Assembly (NCBI RefSeq): GCF_046119375.1
Contig: NW_027362769.1
Coordinates: 397,296,001 to 397,360,000 of the forward strand
Reading direction: 5' to 3'
DNA: 64,000 bases
From: Phyllobates terribilis
Taxonomy: Eukaryota
Position numbers and translations under genes: made by a program. The notes beneath the pieces are model-generated. The model saw nothing but the letters and a program-made list of their open reading frames with translations. It was not told the origin of the DNA and ran no database searches. Within the stretch, counting starts at the first letter, position 1; each line of letters begins with the position of its first letter. Of the stretch, positions 15,301 through 25,639 are shown in pieces.

Positions 15301-18300
15301 GCATAGATGTAACCAAACGAGCGCCAACACGAACCGGGACACAGATGTAACCAGACGAGCACCAACACAAGACGGGACACACAGATGTAACCAGACGAGC
15401 GCCAACACAAGGCAGGACACACAGATGTAACCAGACGAGCGGCAAAACGAGGCGGGAAGTGCAAATGCAACCAGACGAGCGCCAACACGAGGGGATGCAC
15501 AGACGTAATCAGACGAGAGCCAACATGAGGAGGGACACACAGGCAAAACCATAAGACTGCCAACACGAAGCAGGACACAGACGTAACCAAAATAGTGCCA
15601 ACACGAGGCGGGACTAACAGGCATCAACACGAGGAGGGACGCACAGACGAGGAGGGACGCACAGACGAGGAGGGACGCACAGACCTAGTCAGACGAGCGC
15701 CAACATGACGTGGGATGCACAGACGTAATCAGATGAGCGCCAACACGAGGGGGAACACGCAATGCAGATGTAAGCTGACCTGCACCAACACAAGGCAGGA
15801 CGCGCGAGAGTAACCAGACAACATCCAACAGGGACGCACAGACGTATCCAAACTAGAGCCAACACAAGGTGGGACGCACAGATGTAAATCAGACAACATC
15901 CAGCACAAGGCGGTATGGATAAAAGTATCCAGCTGAGCACTAACACGAGGAAGTACACGCAGATGTAACCAGACGAGCGCCACCACGAGGAGGGACGCAC
16001 AGATGTAACCAGACGAGCGCCACCACGAGGCGGGACGCACAGATGTAACCAGACGAGCGCCACCACGAGGCGGGATGGGCGGATGTAACCAGACGAGCGC
16101 CACCACGAGGCGGGATGGGTGGATGCAACCAAATGACTTCCAGCATGATGCTGGATACAAGAAAGACAAGACAAGCGCTAACACGTGGCAGGACGTGCAG
16201 ATGAAAGCAGGTGACATCCAACATGAGGCAGGAGGCGGACATGACCAGACCAACGCCAACAACATTGCGGGACGCGTGGATGAAACTAAACATCATCCAA
16301 CAAGAGGCGGAACGCATTAATGTAACCAGGCGAGTGCCAACATGATGAACGATGCACGAATATAAACAGACGAGCGCAAACACGAGGCGCAACGTGCAAA
16401 AGTAACCAGACAAGGAGGGACACGCAGACGTTACTAGAAAGGGTCCAACACAAGCCAAGACTGGTGGACGTAAATCAGATATGCACCGAAACGAGGTAGT
16501 ACTCGCGAATGTAACTAGACGAGCATCAACACAAGGGACGCACGGATGCAACCAAATGACATCCAACACGGCGTGACGCACAGATGTAAATGGACAAGTA
16601 CCAACATGATAAGGTACACGGATATCAAACTCAAACAAAATGGTGACTGCAGCTTTGGATGTAGCTGGAGTAGAAGAGACGTTAGAGTTTGGGGTATAAG
16701 AGTGTGTGACCTGTTCTGATGTTCTGGAGGAGCCACACACCAGCCACGGGTACACCTCACGTGAACACCGGGACTGCCCCCCCATAATGTACCAGTTCCC
16801 ACAACGTTGGTGTGGAGTTTCCAGTAAGTCATCTTCTACTCCAGTCACATCAGGAGCTGCATTCAGAGGTGATGGCCGGAAGCTTCAGTTTTTATTCCTC
16901 CGACTTCTGTGTTCTTCAGCCATAAACTTTATCGTCAAGAGACTTGCGATCAATGGTCTCCTCTCTAGTTACAACCCAATCTCTCCTGCACCCTCTGAAG
17001 TGGCGCAGGGTGGTCAGAGGTGACAGCCGGAGAATGGTAGAGGGAGACTTGTATGCAAGTCTGATCGCAGAATGATACCTCTGGACAACGCCGAGATTAA
17101 AGGGGAGAGTTTCTTCTTTTTTCCTCTCACGCATGCATTTTTGGCTAAAAGTCATTTTCACAATAGGGTTTCATTATACATTGTGTATTGTTTCTCTCCT
17201 CCATGTATTACTGTACATAGTGTGCAGAACGGGTTACCAGTGAATCCATCAGCGCACTCCTTCTCTGGGATCTAACGCTCATCTCTTCTCCATCCTCTAT
17301 GCATCACTGTGCATGGACTGGAAAATGAGTTATCTACCAGTGCTCCATCGGGAGCGCACTTTATTCAGTAATTCTTATTTCCTTCCTCGCCATCCATGTT
17401 TTTGTCTGATTTATTAAGTAGATTCCTCATCCGGTCTCCATCAGCTTTGAAAATGGTCCAGGAGAGGACAGATCAGGGTTACAGCCCTGAAGAGGAGCTC
17501 ATTCTGATATGTGAAGTGACCCACAGAGGATGAAGACGAGAGATCAGGGTTACAGCCCTGAAGGAAAGCTCATTCTGCTATGTACAGTTATACACAGAGG
17601 ATGTAGAAGAGAGATCAGGGTTACAGCCCTGAAGAGGAGCTCATTCTGATATGTGAAGTGACCCACAGAGGATGAAGACGAGAGATCAATGTTACAGCCC
17701 TGAAGGAAATTCATTCTGCTATGTACAGTGATACACAGAGGATGTAGAAGACCGATCAGGGTTACAGCCTTGAAGAGGAGCTCATTCTGATATGTGAAGT
17801 GACCCACAGAGGATGAAGACAAGAGATCAGGGTTACAGCCCTGAAGAGGAGCTCATTCTGCTATGTACAGTTATACACAGAGGATGTAGAAGAGAGATCA
17901 GGGTTACAGCCCTGAAGGAAAGCTCATTCTGCTATGTACAGTGATGCACAAAGGATGTAGAAGAGAGATCAGGGTTACAGCCCTGAAGAGGAGCTCATTC
18001 TGATATGTGAAGTGACCCACAGAGGATGAAGACGAGAGATCAGGGTTACAGCCCTGAAGGAAAGCTCATTCTGCTATGTACAGTTATACACAGAGGATGT
18101 AGAAGAGAGATCAGGGTTACAGCCCTGAAGGAAAGCTCATTCTGCTATGTACAGTTATACACAGAGGATGTAGAAGAGAGATCAGGGTTACAGCCCTGAA
18201 GGAAAGCTCATTCTGCTATGTACAGTTATACACAGAGGATGTAGCAGAGAGATCAGGGCTACAGCCCTGAAGGAAAGCTCATTCTGCTATGTAGTGTTCT

Positions 18301-21300
18301 AGCCCTGAGGAGGAGCTCATTCTGATATGTACAGTCATATACAGAGGATGAAGACGAGAGAACAGTGTTACAGACCTGAAGAGAAGCTCATTCTGCTATG
18401 TACAGTGATACACAGAGGATGTAGAAGAGAGATCAGCATTACAGACCAGAAAATATTCTCGCTGAAGGATGACTGGTAACTCATTCTGCAATATGCTAGG
18501 TAATGTGATACATAGAGGATGTAGAAAAGGGTTCGGGAAAAGGGAGATAAGTGTTACAGACCTGAGACCGACTCAGCCTGCAGTCTATGTACTGCGATCG
18601 AGGATGTAGAAGATGGTTCAGAAAAGTAATAAGAGATACAGACCTGAGGACGAACTCATTCTGTTACGTACTATGATACATAGAGGGTGTAGAATGCAAA
18701 AGCTGAAACATTTCTAATTGAACCCAATTGCAAAAGATGACATTCAGCCAAAAAAGAAAATACATGCATGTAATAAAAATAAAAAAATAAGCTTCTGATG
18801 GGGTCTATATTCCTTAAAGGGATTGTCCAAAAGTATGAAAACTTGACTACTTCCCTTATAACAAAGATGAAACACTTCCTAATGAAGCTGTGCATATTTC
18901 TGCCAATATAATAGGTGGATCGGCCCCTGATTAAGACCCCGACACCCCGGGCCGATGATTGCAGACGAGTATTCGACTACATTGCTGAAATGGAGACGTA
19001 AAGTGATCTCGGACGTTTAGGAAGGCTGCGAGGTGCCGTCAGGGAGGGAGAAAGTGCGGCACGGCAGTCTTGACTGCGGCGGCTCCACGTGACGACGATT
19101 CGCTGCTTTCTGAAAACTTCCGAGATCAAGTGATCGCTCCTCCGTCCTGGTGACCGTGAGATCCCTGCTTGTGAAAAGTGATTAGTGACAACCCCTTTAA
19201 GGCTTCATAGTTAACTCAAGGTGCGGGCGTCGATGGCGGCGGCGGCTTTCTTCAGGATGCGACACATTTCAGGCAGACATATTTAATCTACACATAAATA
19301 AGGAGACAGAAACAATGGCCGCTTGCTGCGGCGGATGAAGCAGAGGCGGGACGTCCTGCATTTTGCGGCCTTAAAGGGACGCTACCGCTAAAAAAAAAAA
19401 AAGCATCACAAGTCTGTGAGGTAGAAACAAAAAGTCCTGTCGGCTGCAGGCGTCGCGGCCCCGGGGGTCCTCTGGAGTCCCTGCCGCTGACTGGTTAGTA
19501 CGTGCGATCCCTGAAGCCGTCCATGTATGCGAGGGCGCGACGGCCGCGAGAGCGCAAGAGGCCGGGGCGGCACTTCGGTGAGACAGCAAAATAAGCAGGG
19601 TGTTATACAGCAGCGCACAGACCAGGAAGCACATGACACCAGAGAGCAATCGCACAGCATTATAAACTCTCTGAATGACACCTGCAGTATAAAGAATGGA
19701 GGGTTTTATGATTTTTGTAATGGCAACAAGGAGAATGAAAACCTCCCTTCTTTACACTGCAGGCTGCAATACATTATATTCACACTTCTGGATTTCATCC
19801 CTCGCCGACCTTAGACAAGCAGCTGGGCCCCGTCTCCCTGTGACAAACCCTCAGCTGTGTGGGCGGTGAAGCAGGTGGATTGGTCAGGTCTGAGCAGATC
19901 TCCAGCGATCGGTTAGGATCAGTGTGTGACATATAGGGAAGGTTTGCCATCTTACCCGTTCTTGCCCGTTTGCCGTCGTCCTGCCGAGGTCACCGAACCT
20001 CAGAATGGCCTCTGCCGACACATCCTCGAAGCTGGCGGGCGGAGGAGGGGTGTAGGGACCGTGCACGGGCGGTGGGACTTCTTCGTGGACGGCGGCCTCT
20101 TGCCCGCCGCCCTCAGCGGTTCCTTCATCTTCTTCCTCGGTGTCGGAGGGGAGGAAGGAGAACTTGGAGCGCTGCTCCTTCAGGAGCGCCTCGATGCGGG
20201 AGTCCAGGCTGCTGCTGTGCTGGGTGAACGGCAGGCTCTCCGAGATACCGTCAGGGAGCGGGGAGCATGACCGGGAGGGAGATGGGGGCGGGGAGCAGGC
20301 TGGGAGCGGGGGCGGCGGCGGAGGAGGCTCCCAGCCTTCGGAGGGTGGAGGAGGAGGATGCGGTACAGAGGAGGAGGGAGGAGATGGAGGAAGGGGCGGG
20401 TGGGCCATCCTGTAGTCACGGTCAGGGTGAGGGTCATCGGGTGGGAGTGGCGGAGGGGTGGGAAGCGGTGGGGTCCCGGGAAAGCGATGCAAGGGCGGCT
20501 CTTCTGGGGGCGGGGGCGGCTTGCGGTGGCGGGAGCGGTAGGACTGTGGGGAGGAGCGGTGTTGGTGGCGGTGGTAACGTCTGTGGGTGCTGTCGTGCTG
20601 TGAGGAGGAGGACGTGGAGGAGGTGGTGGCCGGAGAGTAGTGGTGTCCGGAGCGGCGAGAGTACGAATCGCCAGTGCTGTTCTCCTGCCGCCGCGACTTG
20701 TATCCTGAGGAGTCCTGGGAGCTGGAATGGCTGGGGGTCCCCTGCCTGCGAGGAAAGTAGGAGAGCGTCACACGACTGGCCGGGAACTGGAACCCCGGAA
20801 CAGATACAGACCCCGACCATAACATAGTGGAAACATCATCCCTGTGTCCGACCTGAAGACATCCCATGTGACCCTGAGCGGCCGCTCCCCAACCTGCAGG
20901 ACAACTACAACTTCCAGCATACCTGGACAGTGGGAGAGACACAGGACAGAAGCAGGTGCAGTATATACCGATGTCAGCGCCCCTTATACACTGGTGTATA
21001 CCCAGTGCTGCCCCCTATACACACATATACAGTATAGACCAAAAGTTTGGACACACCTCATTTAAAGTGCAGCCTCCTATATACACATATATACTGGTGT
21101 ACACCCAGTGCTGCCCCCTATACACACATATACACCGGTGTACACCCAGTGCAGCCCCCTATACACACATATACACCGGTGTACACCCAGTGCTGCCCCC
21201 TATATACACCGGTTTACACCCAGTGCTGCCCCCTATATACACCGGTTTACACCCAGTGCTGCCCCCTATATACACATATACACCGGTGTACACCCAGTGC

Positions 21301-24300
21301 TGCCCCCTATATACACCGGTTTACACCCAGTGCTGCCCCCTATATACACATATACACCGGTGTACACCCAGTGCAGCCCCCTATACACACATATACACCG
21401 GTGTACACCCAGTGCTGCCCCCTATATACACCGGTGTACACCCAGTGCTGCCCCCTATATACACCGGTGTACACCCAGTGCTGCCCCCTATATACACCGG
21501 TGTACACCCAGTGCTGCCCCCTATATACACATATATACACCGGTGTACACCCAGTGCTGCCCCCTATATACACCGGTGTACACCCAGTGCTGCCCCCTAT
21601 ATACACCGGTTTACACCCAGTGCTGCCCCCTATATACCGGTGTACACCCAGTGCTGCCCCCTATATACCGGTGTACACCCAGTGCTGCCCCCTATATACC
21701 GGTGTACACCCAGTGCTGCCCCCTATATATACACAGGTGTACACTCAGTGCTGCCCCCTATATATACACAGGTGTACACTCAGTGCTGCCCCCTATATAT
21801 ACACCGGTGTACACTCAGTGCTGCCCCCTATATACTGGTGTACACCCAGTGCTGCCCCCTATATACCGGTGTACACCCAGTGCTGCCCCCTATATATACA
21901 CATATATACACCGGTGTACACTCAGTGCTGCCCCCTATATATACACCGGTGTACACTCAGTGCTGCCCCCTATATACCGGTGTACACCCAGTGCAGCCCC
22001 CCTATATACACACCGGTGTACACCCAGTGCTGCCCCCTATATACACATATATACACCGGTGTGCACCCAGTGCAGCCCCCCTATATACACACCGGTGTAC
22101 ACCCAGTGCTGCCCCCTATACACCGGTGTACACCCAGTGCAGCCCCCCTATATACACATATACACACACACTGCCCCCTAAACACACACACAGTTGTACT
22201 CAAAAGTTTACACACCCCGGCAGAATTCTTCCTTTCTTGGTCTTGTTTCAGAGAATATGAATGATAACAAAAAAGCTTTTTCTCCCCTCCTGGTTATTGG
22301 TCGGGTGAAGCCATTTATTGTCAAACTATGGGGGTTTTCTCTTTTTAAATCTTAATGACAACCAAAAACATCCAATGATCAAAAGTTCACAGACCCCAGT
22401 TCTTAATACCGTGTATTCCCCCTCTAACATCAATGACAGCCTGAAGTCTTTTGTGGTAGTTGTGGATGAGGTTCTTTATTTTCTCAGATGGTAAAGCTGC
22501 CCATTCTTCTTGGCAAAAAGCCTCCAGTTCCTGTAAATTCCTGGGCTGTCTAGCATGAACTGAGCGCTTCAGATCTCCCCAGAGTGGCTCAATGATATTG
22601 AGGTCAGGAGACTGAGATGGCCACTCCTGAACCTTCACTTTGTTCTGCTGTAGCCAATGACAGGTCGACTTGGCCTTGTGCTTTGGATCGTTGTCATGTT
22701 GGAACGTCCAAGTACGTCTCATGCGCAGCTTCCGAGCTGATGAGTGAAAATTTGCCTCCAGTATTTGATAACGTGCTGCTTTCATCTTTCCTTCAACTTT
22801 TACCAAGTTTCCTGTGCCTTTGTAGCTCACACATCCCCAAAACATCAGCGATCCACCTCCATGCTTTACTGTAGGAATGGTGTTCCTTTCATCATAGGCC
22901 TTGTTGACCTCTCTCCAAATGTAACGTTTATGGTTGTGGCCAAAAGGTTCAATTTTGGTCTCTTCACTCCAAATTACCTTGTTCCAGAAGTTTTGAGGCT
23001 TGTCTCTGTGCTGTTTGGCGTATTGTAGGAGAGATACTTTGTGGCATTTGCACAGTAATTTCTTTCTTCTGGAAACCTGACCATGCAGCCCACTTTTCTT
23101 CAAGTGCCTCCTTATTGTGCATCTTGAAACAGCCACACCGCTAGTTTTCAGAGAGTCCTGAATTTCAGCTGATGTTATTTGTGGGTTTTTCTTTGCATCC
23201 CGAACAATTTTCCTGGCAGTTGTGGCTGAAATTTTTGTTGGTCTACCTGACCGTGGTTTGGATTTTACAGAGCCCCTGATTTTCCATTTGTTAATCACAG
23301 TTTGAACGCTGCTGACCGGCATTATTAATTTATTGGATATCTTTTTGTATCCCTTTCCTGTGTTATATAGTTCAACTACCTTTTCCCATAGATCCGTTGA
23401 CAATTATTTTGCTTTCTCAATGACTCACAATCCAGAAACGTCAGTGACTGGATGAAAGATGCAAGAGTCCGTCTGGATCCCAGAAACTCACTCAGCTTTT
23501 ATGCACACCCACTGATTACAAACAAACAGGTCACAGGTGAGGATGTTACCTTTAGTAGCCATTCAACCCCATTTGTGTCAAATTCTGTGCATGTTATCAG
23601 GCCAAAATCACCAGGGTATGTGAACTTTCGATCAGGGTCATTTGGATGTTTTTGGTTGTCATTAAGATTTAAAAAGAGAAAACACAGTAGTTTGACAATA
23701 AATGGCTTCACCCAACCAATAACCAGGAGGGGAGAAAAAGTTTTTTTTGTTATCATTTATATTCTCTGAAACAAGGCAGAAAGGAAAAATTCTGCCGGGG
23801 TATGTAAACTTTTGAGCACAACTGTATATACACCGATGTATACCCAGTGCTGCCCCCTATACACACACACACATACAGTCTGACGAGGCCTCACCTGCTG
23901 GAATAGGCAGAGTCCTGAGAGTAGGGCGTCCCAGCCCTCGGAGTGTATGGGGTGCCCTGTGAGGAGGAGAGGGACGGGGTGTACTGGCTGTAGGTGGAGC
24001 CCAGGTCTTGAGACGACGGCGTCCCATTCCCGGGAACCAGCGTGCTGTCACTGGACAGGCGGCGCCGGCAGTCAACCTGCAGATAGATGAGGTTTATGTA
24101 GGCGGATGGCCCGGTGAGCACGCAGACTCCGCACTCCACAATGAATGCTCACCGGCTCCGGAGGCCTCTCCTGCACCCACCGGCCGGTGGTGGGAACAGT
24201 CTGGGGGTTGTAGGATCCACTGACGACTAGGTCGTAGTATTTCTGTCGTTGCTGACCTATAAAAAGATGACATGTTCTGGTGAGGACCTGAAGGTGCTGG

Positions 24301-25393
24301 TATAATGCCTCTATACAACTGGGGCCGGGTCACACGAGGCTGATTGAACAGTGAAGATCCCGGTAAGTGGCGACATCTGATTGGGGTTTTATATGTGAGG
24401 ACGACCTGCACATTTCTCTTTACTGTTAGCAGAAGATACCCCGATCCCACTCATGTCCTTCCCGTCCCCGATCCCACATTTACCTCGGGTGTCGAGCTCT
24501 GCGTGGATGATGTTGCCCATGACGGACGTGTTGTGAAGGTGGGTGACGGTCTCCCTCGCGGCTCGGGAGCTGGAGAACAGGACCTTCGCCAGGCCGAGGT
24601 GCTTGCGGGTTTTTGGGTGCAGCAGGATCTCCACATCTTCCACATCCCCGAATTTGCGGCACATTTCTTTTAGGAAGAGCTCACGCACGTTGTCGTTCAG
24701 GTGGGCGAAGGTGACCTCCTTCTGCGGGAGCTGCCCGACGTAAAACTCATCAAACTGGACGAGAAAGCAGAGAAGAAAGTGATAAGGAAAACACGACCTG
24801 TGGGAGAGTCCGCAGAGTCCTCCCCTCCCCCGATGAGGAAATCGGGGCCAGTACCTTAAATTTGGGAACAGGAAGGGACACATCCCGGGGTTTACTCCAC
24901 AGACGGTGCTGCCGAGGATCCCGCACGTCTCCGACTGGAAGATACGTCCCATCCTAGGAGAGAAGAGGGAATCAGTGCACACTCCTGACGCAACAGGGGA
25001 GGGGCCGGCGGCGGCGACGCAACAGGGGAGGGGCCGGCGGCGGCGACGCAATAAGGGAGGCCACCACCACCGGGACAGAAATGCCGCACAGGGAGACAGG
25101 CGCCGTACAGAGCCACAATCACTGGAACAGAACAGCTGCACAGATTCAGTGACCCATGGGCAAAACTGCCACATAGAGGGACGGACCCCCAGAGCCGCCC
25201 GGACAGAACAGTGTCTACATTACACCCCTCCTTCACAGTGAAAGCACTCTGCGCCTCTTACCGTGATGTTGAAGTGCACGCCATCGTAGCGGTAAACCTT
25301 CTGTGCGGCTTTGCGGAGCGCGGGGTCAAGCAGCAGTTTGTAATTCCTCCACTGGAAGCCGCCCGCTCTGTGACTCTCGCCCTCGGGCTCCAT
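9057..25393 (-). CDS. SETD1A: SETD1A histone H3K4 methyltransferase, 5' part; join(25393-25262,24953-24855,24754-24484,24256-24153,24076-23895,20745-19956,12215-11412,11333-11166,11068-10984,10906-10767,9615-9567,9323-9057); C-terminal/SET exons lie left of the window
   Basis: All introns GT-AG with consistent phases (3091 nt, ends in phase 1). Recognised motifs: [11 protein letters not shown] ([14 protein letters not shown]...[12 protein letters not shown]), [76 protein letters not shown] and [10 protein letters not shown] match SETD1A as I recall it; adjacency to FBXL19 also favours SETD1A over SETD1B. Confidence 0.95.
9567..9615 (-). CDS. SETD1A: SETD1A small acidic exon ([17 protein letters not shown])
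   Basis: tttgtctgcag acceptor, GTGAG donor, 49 nt; phases fit both neighbours. Confidence 0.82.
9790..10720. repeat. Pyrimidine-rich minisatellite (25- and 32-bp units)
   Basis: cccctgcttcacccctctcgccgccctcct repeats. Confidence 0.93.
10767..10906 (-). CDS. SETD1A: SETD1A exon (DREKDTPSE...[21 protein letters not shown])
   Basis: 140 nt, phase 1 to 0; LDSEGE motif. Confidence 0.9.
10984..11068 (-). CDS. SETD1A: SETD1A exon ([28 protein letters not shown])
   Basis: 85 nt, exits in phase 1; [11 protein letters not shown] motif. Confidence 0.92.
11166..11333 (-). CDS. SETD1A: SETD1A exon (PFQNVPKP...[11 protein letters not shown]...LRLPSFK)
   Basis: 168 nt, AG/GT bounded. Confidence 0.94.
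11412..12215 (-). CDS. SETD1A: SETD1A exon ([11 protein letters not shown]...[11 protein letters not shown]...[10 protein letters not shown])
   Basis: 804 nt, phase 0/0; conserved SET1A central blocks. Confidence 0.95.
12270..16620. repeat. ~40-bp minisatellite, diverged, ~4.3 kb
   Basis: gcacagatgtaaccagacgagcgccaacacgaggtgggac, period 38-42. Confidence 0.93.
16649..16860. mobile_element. Small foldback/MITE relic
   Basis: ~29-bp imperfect inverted arms at 16649-16677 and 16832-16860. Confidence 0.45.
17101..18813. mobile_element. Degenerate TIR-bounded element enclosing the 71-bp array
   Basis: TTAA|AGGGG at 17097-17105; 17131-17178 is an imperfect inverted repeat of 18713-18770. Confidence 0.5.
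17460..18690. repeat. 71-bp tandem array with two alternating subtypes
   Basis: gatcagggttacagccctgaag at 17471, 17542, 17613, 17684... Confidence 0.93.
18818..19196. mobile_element. Non-autonomous TTAA-target (T2/Kolobok-type) MITE
   Basis: TTAA|AGGGATTGTC ... GACAACCCCT|TTAA; 379 bp, no ORF. Confidence 0.65.
19956..20745 (-). CDS. SETD1A: SETD1A large Ser/Pro-rich exon ([11 protein letters not shown]...[21 protein letters not shown]...ANGQER)
   Basis: 790 nt inside ORF 19884..20942; cctcgcag acceptor, GTAAG donor. Confidence 0.93.
20960..22190. repeat. 31-43-bp minisatellite with ACACCGGTGT palindrome; resumes at 23825-23875 after the Tc1
   Basis: tatacaccggtgtacacccagtgctgccccctata repeats. 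Confidence 0.93.
21030..21066 (+). mobile_element. Solo Tc1 terminal fragment
   Basis: TA|cagtatagaccaaaagtttggacacacctcattt, matching the terminus of the 37472-38919 family. Confidence 0.7.
22191..23824 (-). mobile_element. Tc1/mariner transposon with long TIRs, inactivated transposase
   Basis: ~210-bp TIRs starting CAGTTGT(A/G)CTCAAAAGTTTAC; ORF 22387-23403 with [21 protein letters not shown]; TA at the right end only. Confidence 0.94.
23895..24076 (-). CDS. SETD1A: SETD1A exon ([11 protein letters not shown]...[12 protein letters not shown])
   Basis: 182 nt, exits in phase 2; PGNGTP and [11 protein letters not shown] motifs. Confidence 0.92.
24153..24256 (-). CDS. SETD1A: SETD1A exon ([35 protein letters not shown])
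   Basis: ttttatag acceptor, GTGAG donor, 104 nt; matches the [22 protein letters not shown] motif. Confidence 0.92.
24484..24754 (-). CDS. SETD1A: SETD1A RRM exon ([23 protein letters not shown]...ELDTRG)
   Basis: 271 nt, AG/GT bounded, exits in phase 1; RRM of the SET1 family. Confidence 0.95.
24855..24953 (-). CDS. SETD1A: SETD1A exon ([33 protein letters not shown])
   Basis: ctcctag acceptor, GTACT donor, 99 nt; SLPVPKFK motif. Confidence 0.92.
25262..25393 (-). CDS. SETD1A: SETD1A first coding exon ([44 protein letters not shown]); exon begins at 25408 with 15 nt of UTR
   Basis: Acceptor tttacag at 25409-25410, ATG 25393-25391, donor GTAAG at 25261; 44 codons. Confidence 0.93.
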
Positions 25394-25427
25394 CTGGGGA
25401 CATCTGACCTGTAAAGGGGACAAGAGT

Positions 25428-25510
25428 GATGAGCACAGGGGCCCCAGATGAGGAGCCACCAGAGGGCACAGGGGCCCCAGATGAGGAGCCACCAGAGGGC
25501 ACAGGGGCCA
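25428..25510. repeat. 33-bp direct repeat, ~2.4 copies
   Basis: gcacaggggccccagatgaggagccaccagagg duplicated. Confidence 0.85.
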
Positions 25511-25639
25511 CTGTATCTCGGCACCCATCATCGCCCGTCTCTTTCCCTTCCCCCTCAGTGCCACTCTCTCCATCATGGTCTCTCTCTTCGTCACTGCCTG
25601 ACTCTTTCTTCCCCTTAGCACTGTCCTCTCGCTCGCGCG

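Noticed and set aside
12238-16848. Many hydrophobic Cys/Val/Leu-rich minus-strand ORFs
   Set aside because: Products of the ~40-bp array.
20956-22264. [11 protein letters not shown]-repeat ORFs resembling keratin-associated or Cys-rich proteins
   Set aside because: Open in all three frames of the minisatellite, antisense within a SETD1A intron.
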